Program-made: the position numbers and the translations under genes | Notes under the pieces: generated by a model | Database searches by the model: none | The model's input: only the letters and a program-made list of their open reading frames with translations | Told to the model about the DNA's origin: nothing | NCBI RefSeq assembly: GCF_009914755.1 | Contig: NC_060941.1 | Length of the DNA: 64,000 nt | Reading direction: 5' to 3' (one strand) | Source of the DNA: the human T2T-CHM13v2.0 reference genome, Homo sapiens | Shown: one piece after another, positions 41,341 through 56,300 of the stretch | Layout: every line of letters starts with the position of its first letter | Numbering within the stretch: the stretch's first letter is position 1

Positions 41341-44300
41341 TTCCATTCCATTACATTCCGTTCCGTTCCTTCGATTGGCATTGCATTCCACTGCATTCCA
41401 TTCCATTCCATTCCATTCTACTCGGGTTGATTTAATTCCATTCTATTGCTTTCCATTCCATTCCAATCCATTCCATTCCATTGCAGTTGATTGAATTCTA
41501 TTGTAATTCATTCCTTTCCATTCCATTCCATTCCATCCCAGTTGATTTAATTCCATTCTATTCCATTCCATTGCATTCCATTCCATTCCAGTTGATTCAA
41601 TTCCATTCTATTCCATTCCATTCCATTTCGTTCCATTTCATTCCATTCCATTCCACTCGATTTGATTCAGTTGTATTCCATTACATTAAATTCCATTCCA
41701 CTAGGGTTGATTCATTTCCATTCTATTCCATTCCATCGCACTCCATTCCATTCCATTCTATTCCATTCCATTCCGTTCCATTCCATTCCATTCCACTGCA
41801 TTCCAGTTGATTCCATTCCATTCCATTCCATTCTTTCTATTCCATTCAATTCGATTCGAGTCCAGTTGATTCAATTTCATTCTATTCCACTCCATTCTAT
41901 ACCATTTCATTCCATTAAATTCCATTCCACTAGGCTTGATTCAATTCTGTTCCATTCCATTCCATTCCAATCCATTCCATTCCATTCCATTCCATTCCAT
42001 TCCATTCCACTAGGTTTGATTCAATTCCATTCCCTTCCGTTCCAATCCATTCCATTCCATTCTATTCCTTTAAATTCCTTTGCTTTCTACTCGGGTTGAT
42101 TCTATTCCATTCTTTTCCATTGCATTCCATACCATTCCATTCCATTCCACTCCACTCGGGTTCATCAAATTCCATTCCATTCCATTCCATTCCATTCCAT
42201 TCCATTCCATTCCAATCCATTCCACTCCAGTCGGGTTGACTCAATTCCATTCTATTCATTTCCATTCCATTCCTTTCCATTGCTTTCCATTCCATTCCAT
42301 TCCATTCCATTCCATTCCATTCCATTCCATTCCATTCCTTTCCTTTCCATTCCATTACATTGCATTCCATTCCACTCGGGTTGATTCCATTCCATTCCAT
42401 TCCTTACAATTCAAATCCATTCCGTTCCATTTGATTCAATTCCATTCTATTCCATTTCACTCGATTCCATTCCATTCCATTCCAATTCATTCCATTCCTT
42501 TCCACTCTGTTTGATTCCATTCCATTCCTTGCCATTCGCTTCCATTTCATCCCATTCCACTGTGGTTGATTCCATTCTATTCCATTCCATTCCATTCAGT
42601 TCCACTCCATTCGATTCCACTCGTGTTGATTCCATTCCATTCCATTCCATTGCATTCCATTCCATTCCAGTTGATTCAATTCAAATCTATTCCATTCCAT
42701 TCCATTTCTTTCCATTTCATTCCATTCCATTCCACTCGGGTTGATTCAGTTCTATTCCATTACATTAAATTCCATTCCCCTTGGTTTGATTCAATTCCAT
42801 TCTATTCCGTTCCATTGCACTCCATTCCATTCCATTCCATTCCATTGCATTCCATTCCATTCCATTCCATTCCACTCGATTCTGCTCCATTCCATTGCAT
42901 TCCACTCGCCTTGATTCAATTCTATTCCATTCCATTCCATTCCATTCCATTCCATTACACTCGGTTTGATTCCATTCCATTCCATTCCATTCCAATACAG
43001 TTCATTCCATTCCATTCCATTCCAATCCATTCCAGTTTATTCCATTCCATTCCATTCCCTTCCATTCGATTCCATTCCATTCCATTGCATACCATTCCAT
43101 TCCACTCAGATTGATTGAATTCCAATCTATTTCATTCCATTCCATTCCATTCCACTCGGGTTGATTCCATTCCATTCCATTCCATGTCATTCCAATCCAT
43201 TCCCTTCCATTGCATTGCATTTGATTCCATTCCATTCCATTCCATTCCATTCCATTCCATTCCATTCCAATCCATTGCCCTCCATTCCATTGCATTTCAC
43301 TCTCCTTGATTCAATTCTATTCTATTCCATTCCATTCCATTCCATTCCACTCCATTACACTCGGTTTGATTCCATTCCATTCCATTCCATTCCATTCCTT
43401 TCCATTTGATTCAATTCCATTCTATTCCATTCTTTTTCATTCCATTCCTTTCCATTCCATTCCAATCCAGTTCATTCCATTCCAGTTCATTCCATTCCGT
43501 TCCATTCCAATCCATTCCAGTTTATTCCATTCCACTCCATTCCCTTCCATTCGATTCCATTCCATTCCATTGCATACCATTCCATTACACTCAGATTGAT
43601 CGAATTCCAATCTATTTCATTCCATTCCATTCCATTTCACTCGGGTTGATTCCATTCCATTCCATTCCTTACAATTCAAATCCATTCCGTTCCATTTGAT
43701 TCAATTCCATTCTTTTCCATTTCACTCGATTCCATTCCATTCCATTCCAATCCATTCCATTCCTTTCCACTCTGTTGGATTCCATTCCATTCCTTGCCAT
43801 TCGCTTCCATTCCATCCCATTCCACTCTGCATGATTCCATTCTATTCCATTCCATTCCATTCAGTTCCACTCCATTCGATTCCACGCGTGTTGATTCCAT
43901 TCCATTCCATTCCATTGCATTCCATTCCATTCCAGTTGATTCAATTCAATTCTATTCCATTCCATTCCATTTCTTTCCATTTCATTCCATTCCATTAAAC
44001 TCGGGTTGATTCAGTTCTATTCCATTCCATTAAATTCCATTCCACTTGGGTTGATTCAATTCCATTCTATTCCATTCCATTGCACTCCATTCCATTCCAT
44101 TCCATTCCATTCCATTCCATTCCATTCCACTCGATTCTGCTCCATTCCATTGCATTCCACCCGCCTTCATTCAATTCTATTCTATTCCATTCCTTTCCAT
44201 TCCATTCCATTACACTCGGTTTGATTCCATTCCATTCCATTCCATTCAAATACAGTTCATTCCATTCCATTCCATTCCAATCCATTCCAGTTTATTCCAT

Positions 44301-47300
44301 TCCATTCCATTCCCTTCCATTCGATTCCATTCCATTATATTGCATATCCTTCCATTCCACTCAGATTGATTGAATTCCAATCTATCCCATTGCATTCCAT
44401 TCCATTCCATTCCACTCGGGTTGATTCCATTCCATTCCATTCCTTACAATTCAATTCCATTCCGTTCCATTTGATTCAATTCCATTCTATTCCATTTCAC
44501 TCGATTCCATTCCATTCCATTCCAATCCATTCCATTCCTTTCTACTCTGTTTGATTCCATTCCATTCCTTGCCATTCGCTTCCATTCCATCCCATTCCAC
44601 TGTGGTTGATTCCATTCAATTCCATTCCATTCCATTCAGTTCTACTCCATTCGATTCCACTCGTGTTGATTCCATTCCATTCCATTCCATTGCATTCCAT
44701 TCCATTCCAGTTGATTCAATTCAATTCCATTCCATTCCATTCCATTTCTTTCCATTTCATTCCATTCCATTCCACTCGGGTTGATTCAGTTCTATTCCAT
44801 TACATTAAATTCCATTTCACTTGGGTTGATTCAATTCCATTCTATTCCATTCCATCGCACTCCATTCCATTCCATTCCATTCCATTCCATTCCATTCCAT
44901 TCCGCTCCATTCCATTGCATTCCACTCGCCTTGATTCCATTCTATTCTATTCCATTCCATTCCATTCCATTCCATTACACTTGGTTTGATTCCATTCCAT
45001 TCCATTCCATTCCATTCCATTCCATTCCATTCCATTCCAATACAGTTCATTCCATTCCATTCCACTCCATTTCTTTCCATTTCATTCCATTCCATTCCAT
45101 TCCATTCCATTGCATTCCATTCCATTCCATTCCATTGCATTCCATTCCATTCCATTCCATTGCATTCCATTCCATTCCATTCCATTGCATTCCATTCCAT
45201 TCCATTCCATTGCATTACAGTTGATTCCATTCCATTCCATTCCATTCTATTCCATTCAATTCCATTCGAGTCCAGTTGATTCAATTCCATTCTATTCCAC
45301 TCCATTCTATTCCATTTCATTCAATTAAATTCCATTCCACTAGGCTTGATTCAATTCTATTCCATTCCATTCCATTCCATTCCACTAGGTTTGATTCAAT
45401 TCCATTCCCTTCCGTTCCAATCCATTCCATTCCGTTCCATTCTATTAATTTCCTTTGCATTCCACTCGGGTTGATTATATTCCACTCTATTCCATTCCAT
45501 TCCACACCATTCCATTCTATTCATTCCATTCCTGTCCACTTGGGATCATCCAATTCCATTCTAATCCATTCCATTCCATTCCAATCCATTCCACTCCAGT
45601 CGGGTTGACTGAATTCCATTCTATTCATTTCCATTCCATTCCATTCCATTCCATTCCATTCCATTCCTTTCCATTGCATTCCGTTCCATTCCAATCCTTT
45701 CCATTCCATTCCATTCCATTCCAATCGGGTTGACTCCATTCCATTCCACTCCAATCCATTCCGTTCCATTCCATTCCACTCGGGTTGATACCAGTCCATT
45801 CCATTCCATTCCATTCCATTCCATTCCATTCCATTCCATTCGATTTCAGTTGACTCTATTCCTTTCTATTCGATTAAATGCCATTCCATTCCATTCCATT
45901 ACATTCCAGTTAAATCCGTTATATTCCATTCCATTCCATTTCATTCCACTCGGGTTCATTCCATTCTGTTGTATTCCATTCCATTCCATTCTATTCCATA
46001 CCATTCCATTCCATTGCATTCCACTCGGGTTGATTCTATTCCATTCTGTTCCATTGCATTCCGTTCCGCTCCGTTCCATTCCATTGCATTCCACTCGGGT
46101 TGATTCAATTCCATTCTATTCCATTCCATTCCATTCCTTTCCACGCAAGTTGATAAAATTCCATTCTATTCCTTTCCTTTCAATTCCATTCCATTCCTTT
46201 CCACTCTGGTTGATTACATTCCATTCCATGCCATACTGTTCCACTCGGTGTGATTCCTTTCCATTCCATTCCCTTCCATTTCAATCCTTTGCTTTCCTTT
46301 CCATTCCAGTTAATACAATTCCATTCTATTCGATTCCATTCCATTCCATTCCATTCCATTCTATTCCATTCCATTCCAGTTGATTCCATTCCATTCCTTC
46401 CGATTCCATTCCATTCCATTCCATTCCATTCCATTCCATTCCATTCCATTCCATTCCACTCGGGTTGATTCCATTCCATTCCAGTCCATTCCATTCCACT
46501 CGGATGGGTTCCATTCCATTCCATTCCATTCCTTTCCATTCCATTCCGTTCCACTCGGGTTGATTCCGTTCCAATCCATTCCATTCCAATCCATTCCTTT
46601 CCGTTCCATTCCATTCCATTCCATTCCATTCCATTCCATTCCATTCCGTTCCAGTTGATTCAGTTCCATACTATTGTATTCTTTTCTATTCTATTTGATT
46701 CCATTTCATTCCATTCCTCTCGGATGGATTCCATACCATTCCATTCCATTCCGTTCCATTCCATTCGTGTTGTTTCCATTCCGTTCCATTCCATTCCATT
46801 CGAATTCATTCCATTCCTCTCCATGTCACTGGGATTGATTCAATTCCATTCTAACCCATTCCATTCCACTCCATTACATTCGATAACATTACATTCCACT
46901 CAGTTTGATTCAACTCCATTCCATTCCATTCCATTCCATTCCATTCCGTTCCATTCCTTTCTATTACACGGCGGTTGATTCCATTCCATTCCCTTCCATT
47001 CCATTCCACTCGAATGGATTCAATTCCATTCTGTTCCATTCTATTCCATTCCATTCCATTCCATTCCATTCCACTCGGTTTCATTCCATTCCATTCCTTT
47101 CCATTCCATTCCACTAGGGTTGATTTCCTTACATTCCATTCGAATCCATTCCATTCCATTCCATTCCATTCCATTCCATTCCATTCCATTCCACTCGGGT
47201 TGATTCCATTCCATTTCATTCCTTTCCATTCCATTCCATTCCACTCGGGTTGATTCAATTCCATTCTATTCCATTGCATTCCGTTCCATTCCATTCCACT

Positions 47301-47304
47301 CGGG

Positions 47305-50300
47305 TTGATACCAGTCCATTCCATTCCATTCCATTCCATTCGATTTCAGTTGATTCTATTCCTTTCTATTCAATTAAATGCCATTCCATTCCATTCCATT
47401 ACATTCCAGTTAAATCCGTTATATTCCATTCCATTCCATTCCACTCGGGTTCATTCCATTCTGTTGTATTCCATTCCATTCCATTCTATTCCATACCATT
47501 CCATTCCATTGCATTCCACCCGGGTTGATTCTATTCCATTCTGTTCCATTGTATTCCATTCCGCTCCGTTCCATTCCATTGCATTCCATTCGGGTTGATT
47601 CAATTCCATTCTATTCCATTCCATTCCATTCCATTCCTTTCCACGCGAGTTGATAAAATTCCATTCTATTCCTTTCCTTTCAATTCCATTCCATTCCATT
47701 CCACTCTGGTTAATTACATTCCATTCCATGCCGTTCTATTCCACTCGGTGTGATTCCTTTCCATTCCATTCCCTTCCATTTCAATCCATTGCTTTCCTTT
47801 CCATTCCAATTAATACAATTCCATTCTATTCGATTCCATTCCTTTCCATTCCATTCCATTCCATTCCATTCCATTCCATTCCAGTTGATTCCATTCCATT
47901 CCTTTCGATTCCATTCCATTCCATTCCATTCCATTCCATTCCATTCCATTCCATTCCATTCCACTCGGGTTGATTCCATTCCATTCCAGTCCATTCCATT
48001 CCACTCGGATGGGTTCCATTCCATTCCATTCCATTCCTTTCCATTCCATTCCGTTCCACTCGTGTTGAGTCCGTTCCAATCCATTCCATTCCAATCCATT
48101 CCTTTCCGTTCCATTCCATTCCATTCCATTCCATTCCATTCCATTCCATTCCACTCGGGTTGATTCCATTCCATTCCAGTCCATTCCATTCCACTCGGAT
48201 GGGTTCCATTCCATTCCATTCCATTCCTTTCCATTCCATTCCGTTCCACTCGGGTTGATTCCGTTCCAATCCATTCCATTCCAATCCATTCCTTTCCGTT
48301 CCATTCCATTCCATTCCATTCCATTCCGTTCCATTGCACTAGTTTTGTTTCCATTCCAGTCCATTCCATTCCATTCAAATCCATTCCATTCCAGTCCATT
48401 CCACTAGGATTGATTCAATTCCATTCTATTCCATTCCATTCCATTCCTTTCCATTCCATTACAATGCATTCCACTCAAGTTGATTCCATTCCATTCCATT
48501 CCATTCCATTGCATTCCATTCCATTGCACTCCATTCCATTCCTTTCCACTCGTGTTGATTCCATTCCGTTCCATTCCATTCCAATAAATTGCATTCCATT
48601 CCATTCGATTCCATTCCACTGGGGTTGGTTCCATTGCATTCCATTCCATTCCATACCATTCCATTCCATTCCAGTTGATGCAAATACTTTCTATTCGATT
48701 CAATTCCATTCCATTCCACTCCGTTCCCTTCCATTCTATTCCATTCCATTGCATTCCATTCCATTCCAGTTGATTCAATACCATTCTCTTCCGTGCAATT
48801 CCATTCGATTCCACTCCATTCGATTTCATTGCATTCCACTCGGGTAGATTCCATTCCATTTCATTCCATTCCATTCCATTCCATTCATTTCCAGTTGATT
48901 CCCTTCCATTCCATTCCATTATATTCCACTCGGGTTGTTTCCATCGCATTCCATTCCATTCCATTCCATTCTATTCCATTCCACTCCAGTTGAATCAATT
49001 TCATTCTATTCCATATCATTCCATTCCATTCCATTCCATACCATTCCATTCCATTCCATTCCATTCCGTTCCAGTTGATTCAATTCCATACTATTGTATT
49101 CTTTTCTATTCTATTTGATTCCATTTCATTCCATTCCTCTCGGATGGATTCCATACCATTCCATTCCATTCCGTTCCATTCCATTCGTGTTGTTTCCATT
49201 CCATTCCATTCGAATTCATTCCATTCCTCTCCATGTCACTGGGATTGATTCAATTCCATTCTAATCCATTCCATTCCACTCCATTACATTCGATAACATT
49301 ACATTCCACTCAGTTTGATTCAACTCCATTCCATTCCATTCCATTCCATTCCATTCCATTCCTTTCTATTACACGGCGGTTGATTCCATTCCATTCCCTT
49401 CCATTCTATTCCACTCGAATGGATTCAATTCCATTCTGTTCCATTCTATTCCATTCCATTCCATTCCATTCCATTCCACTCGGTTTCATTCCATTCCATT
49501 CCTTTCCATTCCATTCCACTAGGGTTGATTTCCTTACATTCCATTCGAATCCATTCCATTCCCTTCCATTCCATTCCATTCCATTCCATTCCATTCCATT
49601 CCATTCCATTCCATTCCATTCCACTCGGGTTGATTCCATTCCATTTCATTCCTTTCCATTCCATTCCATTCCATTCCACTCGGGTTGATTCAATTCCATT
49701 CTATTCCATTCCATTCCGTTCCATTCCATTCCACTCGGGTTGATACCAGTCCATTCCATTCCATTCCATTCCATTCCATTCGATTTCAGTTGATTCTATT
49801 CCTTTCTATTCCATTAAATGCCATTCCATTCCATTCCATTACATTCCAGTTAAATCCGTTATATTCCATTCCATTCCATTCCACTCGGGTTCATTCCATT
49901 CTGTTGTATTCCATTCCATTCTATTCTATTCCATACCATTCCATTCCATTGCATTCCACTCGGGTTGATTCTATTCCATTCTGTTCCATTGCATTCCATT
50001 CCGCTCCGTTCCATTCCATTGCATTCCATTCGGGTTGATTCAATTCCATTCTATTCCATTCCATTCCATTCCTTTCCATGCGAGTTGATAAAATTCCACT
50101 CTATTCCTTTCCTTTCAATTCCATTCCATTCCATTCCACTCTGGTTGATTACATTCCATTCCATGCCGTTCTATTCCACTCGGTGTGATTCCTTTCCATT
50201 CCATTCCCTTCCATTTCAATCCATTGCTTTCCTTTCCATTCCAATTAATACAATTCCATTCTATTCGATTCCATTCCTTTCCATTCCATTCCATTCCATT

Positions 50301-53300
50301 CCATTCCTGTTGATTCCATTCCATTCCTTTCGATTCCATTCCATTCCATTCCATTCCATTCCATTCCATTCCATTCCATTCCACTCAAGTTGATTCCATT
50401 CCATTCCAGTCCATTCCATTCCACTCGGATGGGTTCCATTCCATTCCATTCCATTCCTTTCCATTCCATTCCGTTCCACTCGGGTTGATTCCGTTCGAAT
50501 CCATTCCATTCCAATCCATTCCTTTCCGTTCCATTCCATTCCATTCCATTCCATTCCATTCCGTTCCATTGCACTAGTTTTGTTTCCATTCCTGTCCATT
50601 CCATTCCATTCAAATCCATTCCATTCCACTCCATTCCACTAGGATTGATTCAATTCCATTCTATTCCATTCCATTCCTTTCCATTCCATTACAATGCATT
50701 CCACTCAAGTTGATTCCATTCCATTCCATTCCATTCCATTGCATTCCATTCCATTGCACTCCATTCCATTCCTTTCCACTCGTGTTGATTCCATTCCGTT
50801 CCATTCCATTCCAATACATTCCATTCCATTCCATTCGATTCCATTCCACTGGGGTTGGTTCCATTGCATTCCATTCCATTCCATACCATTCCATTCCATT
50901 CCAGTTGGTGCAAATACTTTCTATTCGATTCAATTCCATTCCATTCCACTCCGTTCCCTTCCATTCTATTCCATTCCATTGCATTCCATTCCATTCCAGT
51001 TGATTCAATACCATTCTCTTCCGTGCAATTCCATTCGATTCCCCTCCATTCGAATTCATTGCATTTCACTCGCGTAGATTCCATTCCATTTCTTTCCATT
51101 CCATTCCATTCCATTCATTTCCAGTTGATTCCCTTCCATTCCATTCCATTATATTCCACTCGGTTTGTTTCCATCGCATTCCATTCCATTCCATTCCATT
51201 CTATTCCATTCCACTCCAGTTGAATCAATTTGATTCTGTTCCATATCATTCCATTCCATTCCATTCCATACCATTCCATTCCATTCCATTCCATTCCATT
51301 CCATTCCATTCCGTTCCAGTTGATTCAATTCCATACTATTGTATTCTTTTCTATTCTATTTGATTCCATTCCATTCCATTCCTCTTGGATGGATTCCATA
51401 CCATTCCATTCCATTCCGTTCCATTCCATTCGTGTTGTTTCCATTCCATTCCATTCCATTCCATTCTAATTCATTCCATTCCTCTCCATGTCACTGGGAT
51501 TGATTCAATTCCATTCTAATCCATTCCATTCCACTCCATTACATTCGATAACATTACATTCCACTCAGTTTGATTCAACTCCATTCCATTCCATTCCATT
51601 CCATTCCATTCCATTCCATTCCATTCCATTCCCTTCCATTCCATTCCACTCGAATGGATTCAATTCCATTCTGTTCCATTCTATTCCATTCCATTCCATT
51701 CCATTCCATTCCACTCGGGTTCATTCCATTCCATTCCTTTCCATTCCATTCCACTAGGGTTGATTTCCTTACATTCCATTCTAATCCATTCCATTCCATT
51801 CCATTCCATTCCATTCCATTCTATTCCATTCCATTCCACACGGGTTGATTCCATTCCATTTCATTCCTTTCCATTCCATTCCATTCCATTCCACTCGGGT
51901 TGATTCAATTCCATTCTATTCCATTCCATTCCATTCCATTCCATTCCATTCGATTTCAGTTGATTCTATTCCTTTCTATTCCATTAAATGCCATTCCATT
52001 CCATTCCATTACATTCCAGTTAAATCCGTTATATTCCATTCCATTCCATTCCACTCGGGTTCATTCCATTCTGTTGTATTCCATTCCATTCCATTCTATT
52101 CCATACCATTCCATTCCATTGCATTCCACTCGGGTTGATTCTATTCCATTCTGTTCCATTGCATTCCATTCCGCTCTGTTCCATTCCATTGCATTCCATT
52201 CGGGTTGATTCAATTCCATTCTATTCCATTCCATTCCATTCCTTTCCACGCGAGTTGATAAAATTCCATTCTATTCCTTTCCTTTCAATTCCATTCCATT
52301 CTATTCCACTCTGGTTGATTACATTCCATTCCATGCCGTTCTATTCCACTCGGTGTGATTCCTTTCCATTCCATTCCCTTCCATTTCAATCCATTGCTTT
52401 CCTTTCCATTCCAATTAATACAATTCCATTCTATTCGATTCCATTCCTTTCCATTCCATTCCATTCCATTCCATTCCATTCCATTCCAGTTGATTCCATT
52501 CCATTCCTTTCGATTCCATTCCATTCCATTCCATTCCATTCCATTCCATTCCATTCCATTCCACACGGGTTGATTCCATTCCATTCCAGTCCATTCCATT
52601 CCACTCGGATGGGTTCCATTCCATTCCATTCCATTCCTTTCCATTCCATTCTGTTCCACTAGGGTTGATTCCGTTCCAATCCATTCCATTCCAATCCATT
52701 CCTTTCCGTTCCATTCCATTCCATTCCATTCCATTCCGTTCCATTGCACTAGTTTTGTTTCCATTCCTGTCCATTCCATTCCATTCAAATCCATTCCATT
52801 CCAGTCCATTCCACTAGGATTGATTCAATTCCATTCTATTCCATTCCATTCCATTCCTTTCCATTCCATTACAATGCATTCCACTCAAGTTGATTCCATT
52901 CCATTCCATTGCATTCCATTCCATTGCACTCCATTCCATTCCTTTCCACTCGTGTTGATTCCATTCCATTCCATTCCATTCCATTCCATTCCATTCCATT
53001 CCATTTGATTCCATTCCACTGGGGTTGGTTCCATTGCATTCCATTCCATTCCATACCATTCCATTCCATTCCAGTTGGTGCAAATACTTTCTATTCGATT
53101 CAATTCCATTCCATTCCACTCCGTTCCCTTCCATTCTATTCCATTCCATTGCATTCCATTCCATTCCAGTTGATTCAATACCATTCTCTTCCGTGCAATT
53201 CCATTCGATTCCCCTCCATTCGATTTCATTGCATTCCACTCGGGTAGATTCCATTCCATTTCATTCCATTCCATTCCATTCCATTCATTTCCAGTTGATT

Positions 53301-56300
53301 CCCTTCCATTCCATTCTATTATATTCCACTCGGGTTGTTTCCATCGCATTCCATTCCATTCCATTCCATTCTATTCCATTCCACTCCAGTTGAATCAATT
53401 TGATTCTGTTCCATATCATTCCATTCCATTCCATTCCATACCATTCCATTCCATTCCATTCCATTCCATTCCATTCCGTTCCAGTTGATTCAATTCCATA
53501 CTATTGTATTCTTTTCTATTCTATTTGATTCCATTCCATTCCATTCCTCTTGGATGGATTCCATACCATTCCATTCCATTCCGTTCCATTCCATTCGTGT
53601 TGTTTCCATTCCATTCCATTCCATTCCATTCGAATTCATTCCATTCCTCTCCATGTCACTGGGATTGATTCAATTCCATTCTAATCCATTCCATTCCACT
53701 CCATTACATTCGATAACATTACATTCCACTCAGTTTGATTCAACTCCATTCCATTCCATTCCATTCCATTCCATTCCGTTCCATTCCTTTCTATTACACG
53801 GCGGTTGATTCCATTCCATTCCCTTCCATTCCATTCCACTCGAATGGATTCAATTCCATTCTGTTCCATTCTATTCCATTCCATTCCATTCCATTCCATT
53901 CCACTCGGGTTCATTCCATTCCATTCCTTTCCATTCCATTCCACTAGGGTTGATTTCCTTACATTCCATTCGAATCCATTCCATTCCATTCCATTCCATT
54001 CCATTCCATTCCATTCCATTCCACTCGGGTTGATTCCATTCCATTTCATTCCTTTCCATTCCATTCCATTCCATTCCATTCCACTCGGGTTGATTCAATT
54101 CCATTCTATTCCATTCCATTCCGTTCCATTCCATTCCACTCGGGTTGATACCAGTCCATTCCATTCCATTCCATTCCATTCCATTCGATTTCAGTTGATT
54201 CTATTCCTTTCTATTCCATTAAATGCCATTCCATTCCATTCCATTACATTCCAGTTAAATCCGTTATATTCCATTCCATTCCATTCCACTCGGGTTCATT
54301 CCATTCTGTTGTATTCCATTCCATTCCATTCTATTCCATACCATTCCATTCCATTGCATTCCACTCGGGTTGATTCTATTCCATTCTGTTCCATTGCATT
54401 CCATTCCGCTCCGTTCCATTCCATTGCATTCCATTCGGGTTGATTCAATTCCATTCTATTCCATTCCATTCCATTCCTTTCCATGCGAGTTGATAAAATT
54501 CCACTCTATTCCTTTCCTTTCAATTCCATTCCATTCCATTCCACTCTGGTTGATTACATTCCATTCCATGCCGTTCTATTCCACTCGGTGTGATTCCTTT
54601 CCATTCCATTCCCTTCCATTTCAATCCATTGCTTTCCTTTCCATTCCAATTAATACAATTCCATTCTATTCGATTCCATTCCTTTCCATTCCATTCCATT
54701 CCATTCCATTCCTGTTGATTCCATTCCATTCCTTTCGATTCCATTCCATTCCATTCCATTCCATTCCATTCCATTCCATTCCACTCAAGTTGATTCCATT
54801 CCATTCCAGTCCATTCCATTCCACTCGGATGGGTTCCATTCCATTCCATTCCATTCCTTTCCATTCCATTCCGTTCCACTCGGGTTGATTCCGTTCGAAT
54901 CCATTCCATTCCAATCCATTCCTTTCCGTTCCATTCCATTCCATTCCATTCCATTCCATTCCGTTCCATTGCACTAGTTTTGTTTCCATTCCTGTCCATT
55001 CCATTCCATTCAAATCCATTCCATTCCACTCCATTCCACTAGGATTGATTCAATTCCATTCTATTCCATTCCATTCCTTTCCATTCCATTACAATGCATT
55101 CCACTCAAGTTGATTCCATTCCATTCCATTCCATTCCATTGCATTCCATTCCATTGCACTCCATTCCATTCCTTTCCACTCGTGTTGATTCCATTCCGTT
55201 CCATTCCATTCCAATACATTCCATTCCATTCCATTCGATTCCATTCCACTGGGGTTGGTTCCATTGCATTCCATTCCATTCCATACCATTCCATTCCATT
55301 CCAGTTGGTGCAAATACTTTCTATTCGATTCAATTCCATTCCATTCCACTCCGTTCCCTTCCATTCTATTCCATTCCTTTGCATTCCATTCCATTCCAGT
55401 TGATTCAATACCATTCTCTTCCGTGCAATTCCATTCGATTCCCCTCCATTCGAATTCATTGCATTTCACTCGCGTAGATTCCATTCCATTTCATTCCATT
55501 CCATTCCATTCCATTCATTTCCAGTTGATTCCCTTCCATTCCATTCCATTATATTCCACTCGGTTTGTTTCCATCGCATTCCATTCCATTCCATTCCATT
55601 CTATTCCATTCCACTCCAGTTGAATCAATTTGATTCTGTTCCATATCATTCCATTCCATTCCATTCCATACCATTCCATTCCATTCCATTCCATTCCATT
55701 CCATTCCGTTCCAGTTGATTCAATTCCATACTATTGTATTCTTTTCTATTCTATTTGATTCCATTCCATTCCATTCCTCTTGGATGGATTCCATACCATT
55801 CCATTCCATTCCGTTCCATTCCATTCGTGTTGTTTCCATTCCATTCCATTCCATTCCATTCGAATTCATTCCATTCCTCTCCATGTCACTGGGATTGATT
55901 CAATTCCATTCTAATCCATTCCATTCCACTCCATTACATTCGATAACATTACATTCCACTCAGTTTGATTCAACTCCATTCCATTCCATTCCATTCCATT
56001 CCATTCCATTCCATTCCATTCCCTTCCATTCCATTCCACTCGAATGGATTCAATTCCATTCTGTTCCATTCTATTCCATTCCATTCCATTCCATTCCATT
56101 CCACTCGGGTTCATTCCATTCCATTCCTTTCCATTCCATTCCACTAGGGTTGATTTCCTTACATTCCATTCTAATCCATTCCATTCCATTCCATTCCATT
56201 CCATTCCATTCCATTCTATTCCATTCCATTCCACACGGGTTGATTCCATTCCATTTCATTCCTTTCCATTCCATTCCATTCCATTCCACTCGGGTTGATT

